From positions 9,176,001 through 9,240,000 of the forward strand of contig JAQFVV010000005.1 of assembly GCA_028023455.1 (NCBI GenBank): a stretch of 64,000 nt of DNA. Direction: 5' to 3'. The stretch is from Epiperipatus broadwayi (Eukaryota; Animalia; Onychophora). A model generated the notes under the pieces. That model made no database searches, was not told where the DNA came from, and was given only the letters and a program-made list of their open reading frames with translations. Positions 36,796-51,340 of this stretch are shown here, in pieces. The translations under genes and the position numbers were made by a program. Position 1 is the stretch's first letter. The number at the start of each line of letters is the position of its first letter.

Positions 36796-37300
36796 TAAAT
36801 ATTGTAGCCAATTTAGTTTGTACTTACAGCCACTTTGAAATCTAAAAACCACTGCTGACACTCCAGCCAATAAATGACATAAATATTGAATAAAAGCACT
36901 TAAAATTCATATTTTAGAAATTATAAGCTAGTAAAAATAATATGCTTTATTTCATATGGGCATATAGTATAATCTTATACCATTTGGAAATTATAAACTT
37001 GGTTTCATCAAACTTCTGCATCTTTTGCATGATCCTTCAGATTGGCTAAACCATCCTTCCCTCTCCCTGCATATTTCAGTCCTTTGTGCCATCATATTTC
37101 AAATATTTTATGAAGGTAAATTTAAAAAAAAAATCCCTAATAAAATAAAGCATATTATTTTTATTAGCTTATAATTTCTAAAATATGAATTTAAAGTACT
37201 TTATTCAATATTTATGTCATTTATCAGTTGGATGTGTCAGCGGTGGTTTTTAGATTTCAAAATGGCCATGAGTGCAAATTAAATCAGGATGCAAATATTT
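36796..37300. repeat. Foldback element, ~155-bp arms, ~190-bp spacer
   Basis: 36796-36952 is the reverse complement of 37142-37300 (e.g. aaatgacataaatattgaataaaag / cttttattcaatatttatgtcattt). Confidence 0.85.
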
Positions 37301-40199
37301 TAGCTGCCATATCATCTAAAATGCTCTTATCTTTTTGAAGGCCTTTTTACTCTATTTACTTTAAATCCATCACTTGAAACATCTTCTCATGAGTTAAGCT
37401 CTGTGAATCATATTCACTTACGAACTCTCCATCACTTAAGACTTTATTTATAAATTCAGTGAATTTTCTTTTATCATTCTTTCATATCTTTACAATATTT
37501 TTTCTGTTCTTTTAATAAATACTTTAGTATGACTTTTTGCCTTGTTTTTCTTTTAATATATCTTCAAAAATCATTATAATTCTAATTTCCTATACTAATT
37601 GAGTAATATTATTTTTTAATTCCCTTATATTACCTTCATTATTTAAAAAAAAAGATTTAAAGTGATCATAAGTAGTTTGTGACTATTTCCTTTGTCAGTT
37701 TGATTCACCATCACTTTTTAAATCTTTCCATCAATTAAATTTCTGCTTTTAAATTTCTATGTTGCTTAAATAACATGCTATTTTGTCTTTGTTTTTCGGA
37801 AATTTTATGAGGATTTGATTAATAGATGCTTTATTATAACAAACATCTAATGGATGATGATTAAGAATTAATAGACATATTTGAGTGAAGATGTTAAGAA
37901 TACTTATAATTTTTTTAATCAAAGCTGTTTAAATCTTTCATATATGATTTATTTTAAAAATTCCTTGATTAAATTCATTTTGGTTACAATTGGTCATCTA
38001 TGAAAGCATTTACTACACAATTTTGGTCAAAAGAATTTCTTATTATTAGTATCCGATACATACATTAACTTTAACAGACAATTTCATCTTGCTTATTGGA
38101 ATTTTCTTAAATCATTTCACAACATAAATTTTTGACTTGACATGATTAAGATACTATAAAAGGGCAATGGTCTTATCAGCAGTTCCTTTTTTTCAATATA
38201 AAAGGCAATGAAGTAAAAAGCAGTTACTAGGTTTGCCACTTTCCAATAAAAAAGGTTTTTTATTCTGGCTTTACCCATGAGCTAAAAATAGTTAAGTATC
38301 TTTTTATAAATATTACAATATGTCCTATCTTGAAGAAAATATTTTTTTTCAGGTTTTATCAATCTGGAACTCAACCCTTGTAAAAGGGCATATGCTATTA
38401 TTATGCCATTTTGCTTTCATAAATGTATGCATGAAAACTGTAAAATTAAAATAGTTAGTAATTAACATGGCATATCATTATTACTTACTATAGCAGAAAA
38501 CATTTCAAAAATTTTTTAGAACAGGTTGCTTACAGCCATACACGAGTGATTACTAAACCAGATTTTTTTAAACACTCAAGAATCATAGTAGAGCTGTTTT
38601 TTTTGTTTTCAGACAAGTGAAAGAATGCATGTGCTCAAATGTGTTATTTACAGATTGCTGTTTTCAACTCTGAAGACAGTTAAACAAAGTTTTATGGCAG
38701 TATTTGAAAAGAGGGTCCTTGGAAATTTGTTCAGCTGCTAAATAATAGGATGAGAAGAAATGATATTACTAATTGTGGAAAATATGAGGCATTCAAAATG
38801 AATGCTTATATTAAGCAAAGATATGTACTACCATTAACTCTGTTTCCATTTTTTTTACAAAGCTCTTAACATTCGAAATGATTAAAATCAAAAACAAAAA
38901 TAGTATTTTCTTGGTTCACAAGAATATACTAATTTTTGATATTCTTGTCAATTCAAAAAGTCATTTACAGAAATGTTTTAAATGTAATGTAATGAGAATT
39001 TAGTAATCAATGTTCAAGAAAACTTAGATGATTTACCAGGCAGTGTTGAGAGGAAAGCATTCTACAACTTTTGAATGGTATAATTCTCTACTTGTCCAAG
39101 TGCATCAGTTTAAATATTTTTGGAGCTTTTTAGGCAAACTGATGTTGTAAGTACAATGAACACCAATATGCTCTTCATGCTTTAACAGATGAATGGTTAT
39201 GGTAGGTCATAGTGGTGTAATTATTTCATTTATGGAACAATATATTTATAGTAATTCTCAAGTCAGACCATTTAGAGTCATTTTAATAAACTTTTTAAAT
39301 AGTTATAGGTTTTATCTTCTTGCTAAAATTATTAGCATTACCTTTAGAAATTATTTGTAATATAGGCCTGTCATAGACATCTTAAAAGTATCACATAGCA
39401 AATTTATACAAATTCACTCAAAATAAATCCAACATTGTTTATGTTCAGATTATATGAGGTAGGAGAAGGTAATGTAATATATTGCAGTATATTAAAGTAT
39501 TTAAAAAAAAGATTTTCCTATGATCATGCTATAAAAAAAGATCACAAGATATACCAGTAAATCAATATATCAGAGTGCATAAATGTATTTGTGGTTTCAT
39601 CAGTTTATTTGAAAAGTCATCACCAAACTCATGATAAGCTTTTTTTGGTCTGGAATTAAATTGACTATTTTTGATTATTTAGAGGTTGCTAATAATATAT
39701 TCATATAATTTTAAATAGAAAAAAGTTGCTTAATATAATTAATATATTATTTGAAAATGTATTGATTTTGTAAATCTAACATTTGATTGTGAAAAGTTGT
39801 ACTTTTTAGTATTTTTTCTAAAATTAAAATATTAATACTCTAGCCCTAAATGAGACTAATAGTGTGTTGAAAATATGAAAGAAATAATTAAATGATTGTA
39901 AAAACAATCTTGTAGAAAAGTATATATATATTTAATCACAATATCATAATATTTTATATAAGAGAAATAAGGTAAGTGAAAATCACAAAAAGAAAAAGAA
40001 AATACTTGTTGTAGGTTTTTCTTTATTACAAAGTTAAGATTTCATATAAAAAATAATTGAAAATCAAAATTTACACTTGACTTTTGTCTGACTTATAATT
40101 CAAAATATATATCTAATAAGTTTTTTGTCTAAAGATTGACATTGTAACTGGGAACACAGTACTATGATCAAGTTAATAAAACTTGATTGTTATTGATAA

Positions 40200-40520
40200 T
40201 TTGCTATCCTCTTAATAAATCACGGCATAGCATCTCAATTTTTGAGCTTTATTATTTGATGAATCCATGCCATTATTGTGATGGATAAGTTGATATTTAT
40301 TATAAATACCTTGAGACTATTCATAAATTAAGACATAATTTTAAGCTTCAAAAAGCTTCTTCAGAATTGTACCCAAATAGCATCTATAAGAACACATTAT
40401 CTTACTTTAATCCATTTTTCATCATGTAAAATGAAGCTTTCTATTCTAAGACATGATTTACAACTGTGAGTTGAAATTCATAAAAGTCTGCAATGTTCTC
40501 ATTAAAAATTAAATATTAAC
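40200..40520 (-). mobile_element. hAT transposase C-terminal relic
   Basis: F*RSFLKLKIMS resembles the ERSFSxLK dimerisation motif. Confidence 0.35.
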
Positions 40521-41901
40521 AATGGAATTAATATTGTCAAATACAGTTTACTAGGAACATAACTAATTTAACAGGACCAACTACAATTTGTGAATAGTAA
40601 CATTTCATAATATTAATTGCCAGTTCTTTATTTTATACTGTAGTAATTATTAAAGCTTTTCTGAATATAGCATTTAATTATTAGGATGAATATTTACAAT
40701 TGCAACCATTTATTACTTCATAAGTTTACTACATTAAGCCCATATTCACCTTCTTCATCTGATTTTTATAAATCAACTTCCGAAATACTGATTAGCCTTT
40801 GATAAATTCTTTGTAATAGTGAAATTTAATGAATTATCAGTATATGGGAGTATGTAATGATTAATGGGTACTGAAGACATAAAAATTATTGACAGAATTT
40901 GTTTCCTTGATTATTAACTAAAACAATTTAGTAATCAAGAGATTGTCACAAATTAGCAGAGTTGTAGTAAAAATCCTGGGAAAGAATTTTAGATGTAGTA
41001 ATATATTTTTAAAAGGAAAGATCAAAATCATTCAAGGAATGGTGTTTTCTAGGATTTCTGAGGATATGAATGTTGGATATTCAAAAAAGAAACATAGGAA
41101 ATGTATTGATTCTTATTAATTATTGAGATTTAAAAAAAAAAAAAAATGAACAAGTAGTTATTTGTCATTAGCTGTTGAACCCTTTCCATCATCTTCTTTA
41201 ATAGTCCGACATATTAAATACAAATAAAATTCTATATCACAAATTTTCAGAAAGTGCATATTTGCTTAGATTAGTTCTAACCTCTCATTTGAGTACAAAT
41301 GATCAGATTAAAATTATATTTTTGTCCTATAATAAAATAATATTTTATTAGAAAAATATGTGGAAAGGATAGTCATAAAAGAATGTGGATTATCAGAAAT
41401 GAGATCAGTAAACTAATGAATGCACATTTCTGATAGGCCAAACAAATAATAGTAAATTCTAGAGAAATACTATTCATTTGTTCACCAGGAGTCAACATTA
41501 ACTTGAAAGAGAACCCCAAGTTTAACTAAGATTATATAAATTATCACAATGTTAATAAAATAAATCTTACATTTATGTAATGTTAGTTTTGTAATGGATG
41601 GAAATTAATGAATAGAAAGATAAAAAGCACAATGTTTTATCATCAGAAAAGATTCATTTATTACAGATAAGTTATTTATCATTACAAAATAAACTTTACA
41701 TAAATAATTTTACTATTGCTGTCAAAGTTATATTTTATTATTAGCAGTTAGTGAAGAAGCAGTAGATTTAAATAAATATCCATAGTTAAATGAACAAAAA
41801 CAAAGGTCTCACAATAAAATAGAAATACTAATTAATATCCAAGGCAAATAATTTAACCTAATGAATGATTTGAAAACAACCAATTTAAACACATTTTTAA
41901 C

Positions 41902-42715
41902 ATAATGAATAATATTTCTGCAATGTAATTTTTATTACACCACTCTCATGCAAGGTAGAGATTGGTTTCTGTCCACTTTTAATACCTTGTGAAGGGATGT
42001 AATCATAAAGATGTGAAAAATATTTATGATCCCAAAGATCCACATCTCATTCTGGATCAACAGTCATCAGTTGGCTCAGACCACAATCTTTTATACATAA
42101 CTTGATCATTGTTCAGTAAATATATATGGATAGATAGCAAATTAATAGTTTGATTATTACAGTCAAATGTGCTGCCCTCACAACTTTGACACAAATCACT
42201 TAATGAAAATATATTAATAATTTTTATTAGTCTAGAGATTATCCAATAATGAATAATATTTCCATAGTGTAATTTTCAATATATCACTGTCTTGCAAAGT
42301 AAGGACTGGTTTCTATCCACTTTTAGCTCATTGTGGAGGGATGTAATCATAAATACATAACCAATGACATGTGAAAAAGATCTATGGTTCCCAAGATGCA
42401 CATTTTGTGCAATATTAGCATTCATTGGTTGGCCCAGATCATAATCTTTTATACACATTTTAATCTTTGTTCTGTATATATATAGTTAGCAAATTATTAC
42501 AGTTTAAAAGATAAGTGTCAAATGTGTTGCCCTCACAACTTTGACACAAATCACTTAATGAAAATATATTAATAAATTTTATTAGTCATTCATTACACTA
42601 GAGATTATCCAATAATGAATATTTATGTGGTGTAATTTTCATTACATCATTCTCACTCAAGGTGAAGACTGGTTTCTATCAAATTTTAACACCTTGTGGA
42701 AAGATGTCTTATGGA
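41902..42715. repeat. Degenerate tandem repeat, ~345-365 bp unit, ~2.3 copies
   Basis: ataatgaata(a)tattt at 41902, 42246 and 42612. gactggtttctatc and gccctcacaactttgacacaaatcacttaatg recur. Confidence 0.85.
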
Positions 42716-44084
42716 TGATTAATAAATATTTTTAATATACTTTCAATAAGTGATTGCAGAATCATTAACATGAAAGACAAGTGTTATACCATATAGAAAT
42801 TCAAATGGATAAATTCTACAGACACCTTGACTATGAAAATGAAGCATCACAAAACTTGTGCTTTATGTGAATATCCCTATTTCAACACCATAAAGTCAGA
42901 ATATGCTGATATAATTGAACAAGTTATACGTCATAACCTCCATTTACAAGTCACTAAATCTATGAAAACCTGTCAAATTTCTAGCTGCAAATGATGGAAA
43001 CTTATAATCACAATTATATGTTGACTAAAAACAATTGACTAGCACATTATCAAATCAGAAAAACATAGTAATTGAAATTATGTTGAAACATTTTTTAATT
43101 ATCCATATTTGATCTTATTTTATTGGAGAAGTACTGTTATAGTGTATACATGCTCTCACAAGATATATGTAACTTGGTATATGTGTATTACATACTGATT
43201 GTTACTGTTAAGACATATTAATTAATGTGTTAATAAAAAGTATCTATACCAATACAACATGTCTTCATTATTGTGAAAGTATATTACAATATTATATAAT
43301 AACCAAATTCTGAGTCTTAAATTATGTCATCACAAAATTTTAGCAACAGTTTCAAGGGAACCTACTTCCTAGCTAGACCAAGACCCCAAATCAGAATAGA
43401 CTTGAATTTTATTTATATTAAACTCACATTTGCTTTGTTTTAAAGTGTAAAAAATAAAATTGCAACAACTTTTAAATATAATGCTTTATATAGTTGAAAG
43501 TAAGAATAGTTCTATTGTATATATGTAGAAATTATAACCAATCTCATTTTTTAAAATCATATCTTTAATAAAAATATATCTTTTTAAAAAAGGTGTGCCT
43601 TATATAAAATTTACAATATATTAGTGTGCTGTCTTTTATACAATTAAATTTGGCTATTAAATAACATTTTTTATCTTAGATATTATTCATAATGTAAGAT
43701 ATAGCTTTGTAATATATTAAATATGTAATTGGTTATTTTATAAACTATGCAGGCACAATATACATCCACGCTAATGAAGATAGACATGAATTTTATATAA
43801 ATCTATAAAAATGAATTATAATTGTGGAAACAAATTAATAACAAATAAAAAACTGTAACAATGAGCATTTATCTATGAATATTTATGTATACATAAATAT
43901 GTCTATTTATGTTAATTTAAATTTACATTAAATAAAAAATGTACATATAATAAAAAAGTGATTTTGTCAATGTGCAAATATATTCATAGTCATTTAATTG
44001 CTTTTATATAAATGTTTTCATGATGTACATTCATGCCATGTTTTCTGACAGAAAAAAAGAGTATCTATATATTAGAGTACTGTA

Positions 44085-47000
44085 ATCATATCATTATCAA
44101 CCATTATTAATCCACTGCAGGATGAAGATCTCTCCAAATTCAATCCATCTCCGGTTTTAGGTTCTCTTCTCCACATCATTTCCTGCACACTTTCTTATTT
44201 CATCAATCCATCTCACATGTGGTCTCTTTCCGGGTCTTTTACAATTTCTTGGAATCCGGTTTAAGATTTCAATTGTCCATCTATTATCATCTTTTCTAGC
44301 AATATGTCCAGCCCAACTCCACTTCAGTCTTTTAATTTTTTCAATGAGGTCAATAACACCTGTTTGTTCTTTTACCCATATATTACATTTTTGATCTCTT
44401 CTTGTTACTCCCAACATGCATCTCTCATACTTCTTTGAATGGTCTGAAGTCTCTGTATTGCTCTTCTATTAAATGTCCAAGTCTCAGATCCATGAGTAAG
44501 AACTGGTAAAACACTTTTAGTAAAAACCTTCCTTTTCAAACACATAGGCATATTTCCTTTTAGTATCAAGTTATTTCTACCAAAAGCACTCCAACCAAGT
44601 TTAATTCTATGATTAATTTCATCCATTATGTTTCCATCTGTATTAATAATCTGACCAAGGTATTTGTAACTGTTAACTTCTTCTAACTCATCATAATCAA
44701 TCTTTATTTTCATATTTTGAGAAAATCCATTAAACATTACTTTAGTCTTTTTAACATTTATCTTTAGTCCTACTTTCATCTGATAACTCCTGCAACATTT
44801 CCTGCAGCTCTAAAGCATTATTTGCAAAAACAACTACATCATCTGCAAAATCTAAATGACTTAAATAATCTCCATTTACTTTCACTCCTTTAGCTTCCCA
44901 TTTTAATCCACAAAATACTTCTTGCAGCACTGCTGTAAAAAGTTTTGGAGATATGGAGTCACCCTGTCTTACACTCTTCTCAATGTTGACTTTCCTAGTA
45001 TCATTATGTAATCTAATTGTTGCTGTTGCATTTTTATAAATATTCTTTAAAATATGACAATATCCTGGATCTATACCTTGATGATCCAATGCTTTAATCA
45101 CTGAAGAAATGTTTATAGAATCAAATGCCTTTTCATAATCTACAAATCCAAAACATAATGGCAACTCATATTCATTTGTCCTTTCTATAACTTCTCTCAA
45201 TACCTGGATATGATCTACTGTACTAAAACCACTTTTAAATCCAGCTTGTTCTCTTGGTTGGTGGAAATCCAATGTTCTCTGTAGACGAGTTGTAATTATC
45301 TTGGTAAAAATTTTGTATAAAACTGATAAAAGGCTGATAGGTCTGTAATTTCTAATATCTTCTTTATCACCTTTTTTAAATATTAATATTAATACTGCAT
45401 TCTTCCAATCATCTGGTACATCTTTATCATTTAGACATTTGGTATATAACTTTGCTAAAAAAATTTCTATTTCTTCACCTGCTTCTTTTAATATATCAAT
45501 TATAATTCCATCATTACCTGAAGCCTTTCCTTTCTTCATACATTTAATTGCATGTCTCACTTCTTCATTTAAAATTCTGGGCAATTCAGAAGATGTAATA
45601 GATATAGGAGGTACTTGTTCTTTATTACTATATAATTCTTGATAAAAGTCTTTTCCATTTCATGATGTCATCTCTTTTTTAGTAATAATTCCATCTTTTT
45701 TTCTTATTGCAGATATAAATTTCCTACCAATACCAAAATGTTGTTTTACACTCTTGAGACTTTTATTCTCTTCTACAGCTTTCCTTGCTAGTTCACAGTT
45801 ATACTTTCTTATATCATTTTCAACTCTTTTCCGCACCATTTTACAAAATTCGAGATATTCAATCCTTTTTAATGCATCATTTTTGTATATCTTCATATTC
45901 CTTCTTTTCTTCATAAATTCTCTAGTCTCAGTAGAAATTTTATTGGTCAATTGCTGCTTTTTTCTACCAGCTATCTTTGTTGCAGTTTTTAAAAGTGTAT
46001 CAGTTATTTTCATATTAATTTCATTCAAATCTGAATCATGTTCAAAATCTACTAATACTTGAAACCGATTTGTAAGTTCTAATTTAAATTCATTAGAATG
46101 TTTCTGAAGATTAGGAATATCAACTGTAAATATTGTTTTTCTTAATAATTTTTGTCTCTCTAGTTTTGCATTAACACGTATCTTACATCCGACTAACTGA
46201 TGATCACTTCCTGTGTTAAATTTATTAAGAACATTACAATCTTGAAATATGTATTTTCTGTTAGTCAAAATATAATCCAATTCTGCTGTACCTTCATTTG
46301 GATGCTTCCATGTCCATTTCCTTTTAACATTTTTCTCAAAAAAAGAATTCATAATATAAAGTTTTTCTTTTTCTGCAAACTCCACAAGTCTATGTCCTCT
46401 CTCATTTCTATTACCATAACCAAAATTACCTACAGCACTTTCATCTTTCATTTGTTTACCAATTCTAGCATTAAAGTCTCCCATAACAATTTTAAAATGT
46501 TGTTTACTCTGATCAAAAGCCTTTTGTACATCCATATAAAAATCTTCTACTACTTCATCACTATGAGAACTTGTGGGGCATAAACCTGAATTATCTGCAT
46601 TTGGTATCTGCTATTAAGTTGTATAACTAATCTTGCCACTCTGTCTGATACACCATCAATCTCCACAATGTTGTTCTTCCACTTTTTATTTATAATGAAT
46701 CCTACTCCACTTGTATTTCCAATATTTGTGCCTTTATAATAGAGTACATGCCCACTTTTTAAATCAATTGTCTCTTCACCTTTTCTTCTAACTTCACAAA
46801 GTCCAATAATGTCCCATTTAATATAAGACAATTCTTTTTCTAATCCTTGAAATCTTCCTTCACTTGAAAGTGATCTGCAGTTGTAAGTACCTAAATAAAA
46901 AGTCACCATCAAATGGCAGCCTGGGTCCATAGTCAGAGGATTCTTAGCACTTTCCACCTTCAGCCACCAACCATTGCCTTGGTTGATGACTTTACAGCCT

Positions 47001-47195
47001 CCTGGGAATAAGGGCCATGATTTATTTTTATTTGTCATAATTGTATATATTGGAAAAATATCATTTATACAAACATTCATTCTTCCTATCAGGCTACTGA
47101 GAAGAAAGACCATTGTGTTTCTTGATCTTAAACTCAGACGTAAAATCCAATAAACTAACCACGCTGGCTAATGCGTGTTGGTGAGCAGCCCATAA
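44085..47195 (-). mobile_element. Near full-length RTE-clade LINE (AP endonuclease + RT), about 4 reading-frame breaks
   Basis: ORFs 46550-47113 (GTYNCRSL..WDIIGLCEVR), 45660-46535 (MGDFNA..SDHQLV), 44751-45584 (RT with NYRPISLL, DYEKAFD, RQGDSISP, FADD), 44405-44779 and 44157-44417. Simple-repeat 3' tail. Confidence 0.95.
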
Positions 47196-48714
47196 TAATA
47201 AATCTTCAGTATAATAAATCTTAAGTATAATTTATGATAGTTTTTTATTGATTGCTATCATCTTAATAGAATTTCTTCTGGCATCTCAATTTTAAAGCTG
47301 CTATGCATTGTTACTACATAACAACAGTTTATAAATTATTATTGTAAACAATAATTTACTTAATGGATATAACAATTCACATTAACACTTTTATTTCCAT
47401 ATAATCTGTAGAAAGGCCATGACTCGTTATCATTATTAGTAAAACATAATAATATTATCCATCTTTTACTATGCAGTGCATACAACACTAATGATGGCTA
47501 GACACATTTAGTTTTAATTATCAGGATTGGACCCATGACTCAGCTAGATAAAGAATTAAATGTCTCTTCCCATACAGCATCATAAAGTATATGTTACACA
47601 AGTAAATGGAATTAATTATAGAATTAAACTTGATAACAATATTTTGATATAAATTACTTAATATTAAAAGAAAACATATGTCTGTGCTTGAAAATATTTT
47701 TAAAAACAATTTGATTTACTTCTGTGCTATATATACACATACTTTATTAAAAAATAAAGGTGTTTGGGTAGAAGCTTTAATGTAGATATTCAGGAGTATT
47801 CCAGAAATAAAATAAAATAAATAATTAACTATGCAAAGAGAGAAAACATTGAAAATAGCAGTAGGCTAATTTGCATTTTAAGAAAATTTTATTTTATTCA
47901 AATTAGCAACACTGATAAAAAGTCTACAGAAGAATTAAAATGAAAAAGAAATAAAGTTGTGGGGAAAAATTAGTGGAAAAATAAACTAGTGGAGGAGGAG
48001 AAGGAGAAAAAGAAGAAGCAGCAGCAGCACACACATTTATATTATTTTTAAATAGAAAAATACTATATAATATAGTTAATATATTGCTTGAAAATATTTT
48101 ATTCATCTTGTTATTCTAACATGATGCTTGATGTAAATGTTGAAATTATTAGTTTATTAATTTTTTTTTAAAAATTATGTCAATATTTTAGTTCTAAAGA
48201 AGAATAGTAGCCATGTAAAAGGAAGGAGACAAATAATTAAATGATATTGAAAATAAAATGCTAAAAGATTGGATTTCTTATTTAAAATTATAATCTTGTA
48301 ATGTTGAATACAGCTAAAGAAAGAAAAGAAAATAAATGTACATTTTAAGAGAGATTACAACACTATCTTAAGAAAAGTCAGTGCACAAGGTAATGCAAAT
48401 TATACTTTATCATGCACTTGAGATGTTATATAAAAATGATTGGATGCCATAATTTATAACTGATAATATGACTGATGTTTTAAACTAAACTACAATTCTA
48501 TCCATGTCAAACACATCATTAATTCTTATTAATACAGAAATATTGAAATGATTAAAATCATTGATAATTCATTATTGCCTATCACAACATCAGCAGAAAG
48601 AGACTATGATCAAATAATAACATTTGGTTGTCATATTTTGCCACTTTCTTATCATAATTTATTGTAACAACAACAATAGTATTATGTCCAATAGACAGAT
48701 CCAGAAAGTAGTCA

Positions 48715-49480
48715 CAACATCAATTGATCCATTCCATTCTCTTCCTTGCCCATTTCTTCAAATCCACATAAGTCTTTATATCTCTTATATCATCCAATAA
48801 TGTCAATCTTTTCCCTCCAAAAGATTTCATTAAACTATAATCTCTTCTCAACATAGGTCCAATCCAGTTTCTCTTTCTCTCTCTGACATTCTCAATCAAT
48901 CTTGCCTCATTTACTATTTTCAAAACTTCATTTGTCATTTTACTCATCCAACTGATTTTTTCCATTTTCTTCAGGTCCACATCTCAAAAGCTTCTAAATG
49001 TTTCTTAATTCTATTACTCAATATCCATGTCTCACAATCATATATTATTACACTCTACACATAACATTTAATTAATCTCTTCCTTAATTCTCTTTTCAAA
49101 GATCCATAAAATATCTTCTTTCTTTTCATAAATGTCTTCTCTGCCAATGCTATCTTTTTTTAACTTCATCTTCACTTCTTCCATCCTCACTCAACCAACT
49201 ACCCAAATATCTAAATCCCTTCACCTGTTGAACCATATCACCACGGATTCCAATTTGCAGTCTTTTTGTATCTTTCCCTATCCATAAACACTTAGTGTTT
49301 TTATATTAATTTTCATTCCATATGCCACATATCTTCCAATTTATTCAACATATTCTGAAGACTTTTTTCCTCCTCAGCAATAAGAGCCATATCATCTGCA
49401 AATCTTATACACTTTATTACTCTCCCTCCAACATTTGCTCCTCCACAGTCCAAATAATTATTTAGCATATCTTCTAAATA
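48715..49480 (-). mobile_element. RTE-clade LINE 3' half, a different family
   Basis: CIRFADDMALIA, FRYLGSWL, CETWIL..LEAFEMW, KISWMSKMTNE..KRNWIG. Confidence 0.85.
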
Positions 49481-50988
49481 ACTTAATTTTATAACTTCAT
49501 CATAAAGTTCATTGAGTTCTTACATCATTAAGAAGCATAATCTAAAAATTATACAAATGTTTTATCACACTTCATAAATTCTTATTACTTCCAATATATA
49601 AATTTGAGTTTTATTCAACTGGTTTAAATTTTAAATTAAACAACATTTATTTTTTAAACATATTAACAAAAATATTTTAATTCAGTTTTTGTCATGTGAA
49701 ATAAAACTAATATTCATAAGGCATTACAATTTTCAAATCTTTAATTCCATAGTAGAGCTGTACTTTTTCATAGAAGATTGAATATACCACATAAATTTCC
49801 AATATTATCAAATATAATTCATTAGTAATATATCACTAGTTGGTTAATAGCAATTTGTTATTTTACATTATAGTAAATATTATAGTTTTTCCAAAAGCTG
49901 GAACTAAATTATAAAATGCTGCTGTGACAGCAATTTATGATAAGTACTTACAAATACACCCATCTTGCATCCAAGGTTCAAAATATTATGTTAGATGCCC
50001 ATATTCAGATTTCTAATCTAAATTTTATAAATAATCTTAATATTGTTTTTATTAAATTCTTTATATTGATGAAATTTAAGGAATTACCAGTATTTACCAA
50101 TTATCTATAATTTTAGAAACAAAACATACAAAATTAAATTATGTTGTAATTAAGTGATATTGAAGACAGAATTCTTTGGAATTTTTTATATTCCTTGATC
50201 ATTCATCAAAAAATAAAAGATCTAATAAGCAAGAGATTGTCAATAGATGCTATGAAAAACTTGATACAGATTTTTAGATGTAAGAATGTATTTTTAAAAG
50301 TGAAGATCTGATTCATTTAGATTATAATATTTTGTGTAATTCTCTGTGAACAAGCATAGAAAATCATTTTTATTCTGATTAATTATTAAGGTAGAAAACG
50401 TTTTTGAAAATTCTTTAGATTGCAAAAAAATAAAACAGGTGGGCACCAGATTGAAATTATCCTATTTCAGTCATATAATGACAATCTGTTTCACTAGAAA
50501 AGTTTATTGTTTGGAAAGGTTGGTGGTAAAAAGTAAAATGTTACTAGATAGATGAATACTGACATTATAATGTCTTAGTAGGTTAACACTTTGAACACTT
50601 AATAGGAATTCTAGAGAAGTTTTTTTATAATAACTAATTCATTCAAAATCAGTTTTATAGCTTCAACCTAATTTTTTGCAGATCCCCAAAGTTAACAATG
50701 ATTGTAACAAAACTATCACAATGTAAACATTGTTAGAAGAGAAATTGCATTTTTATAATAGTAAATAGAAATTACAATAGTCTTCATTCATTAAATCTAT
50801 GAGTATGAGATTAGAATACTAAATCCTGAAAGCGCTAAGCAGGCATATTAAATATTATAGTATAATTACAGCTTCACTAACGCATCCGAAAGAATCGCAT
50901 ATGTATAATTACAATTTTTATTGGTGAAGAGAAAAACAGTTTATTACATAAATTAATAGAGTAATTTTTAAAAATAACTAAAACAAAA

Positions 50989-51340
50989 AAATATGCTTAA
51001 GCTAAAATAATCTAATATTTATAATTGACCAACCCCCCCCCCCAATTTAGATTCTAATTTATTGTATGAACATTAATGTATTTTACTTTTAAAATATGAC
51101 AGCAGTAAATGTAAGAATGGTAGTAAACAGAAAAATTGCATAAGCTAAAAGAATAAATATGCTTAAGCTAAAATAATCTAATATTATAATTAACCAAAAC
51201 AAAAACAATAAATCAACCTAAAAGGATTCCAATTTATTGTGTGTAAACTAATGCATTTTATTATTAAAATATGGCCGTATCCATATGTTGAATAAATATA
51301 AGAAAGACAGCCAAAAGAAAAATTGCCTAAGCTAAAACAA
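50989..51340 (+). repeat. ~167-bp direct repeat, 2 copies
   Basis: aatatgcttaagctaaaataatctaatatt at ~50989 and ~51156. gaaaaattgc.taagctaaaa ends both copies. Confidence 0.8.
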
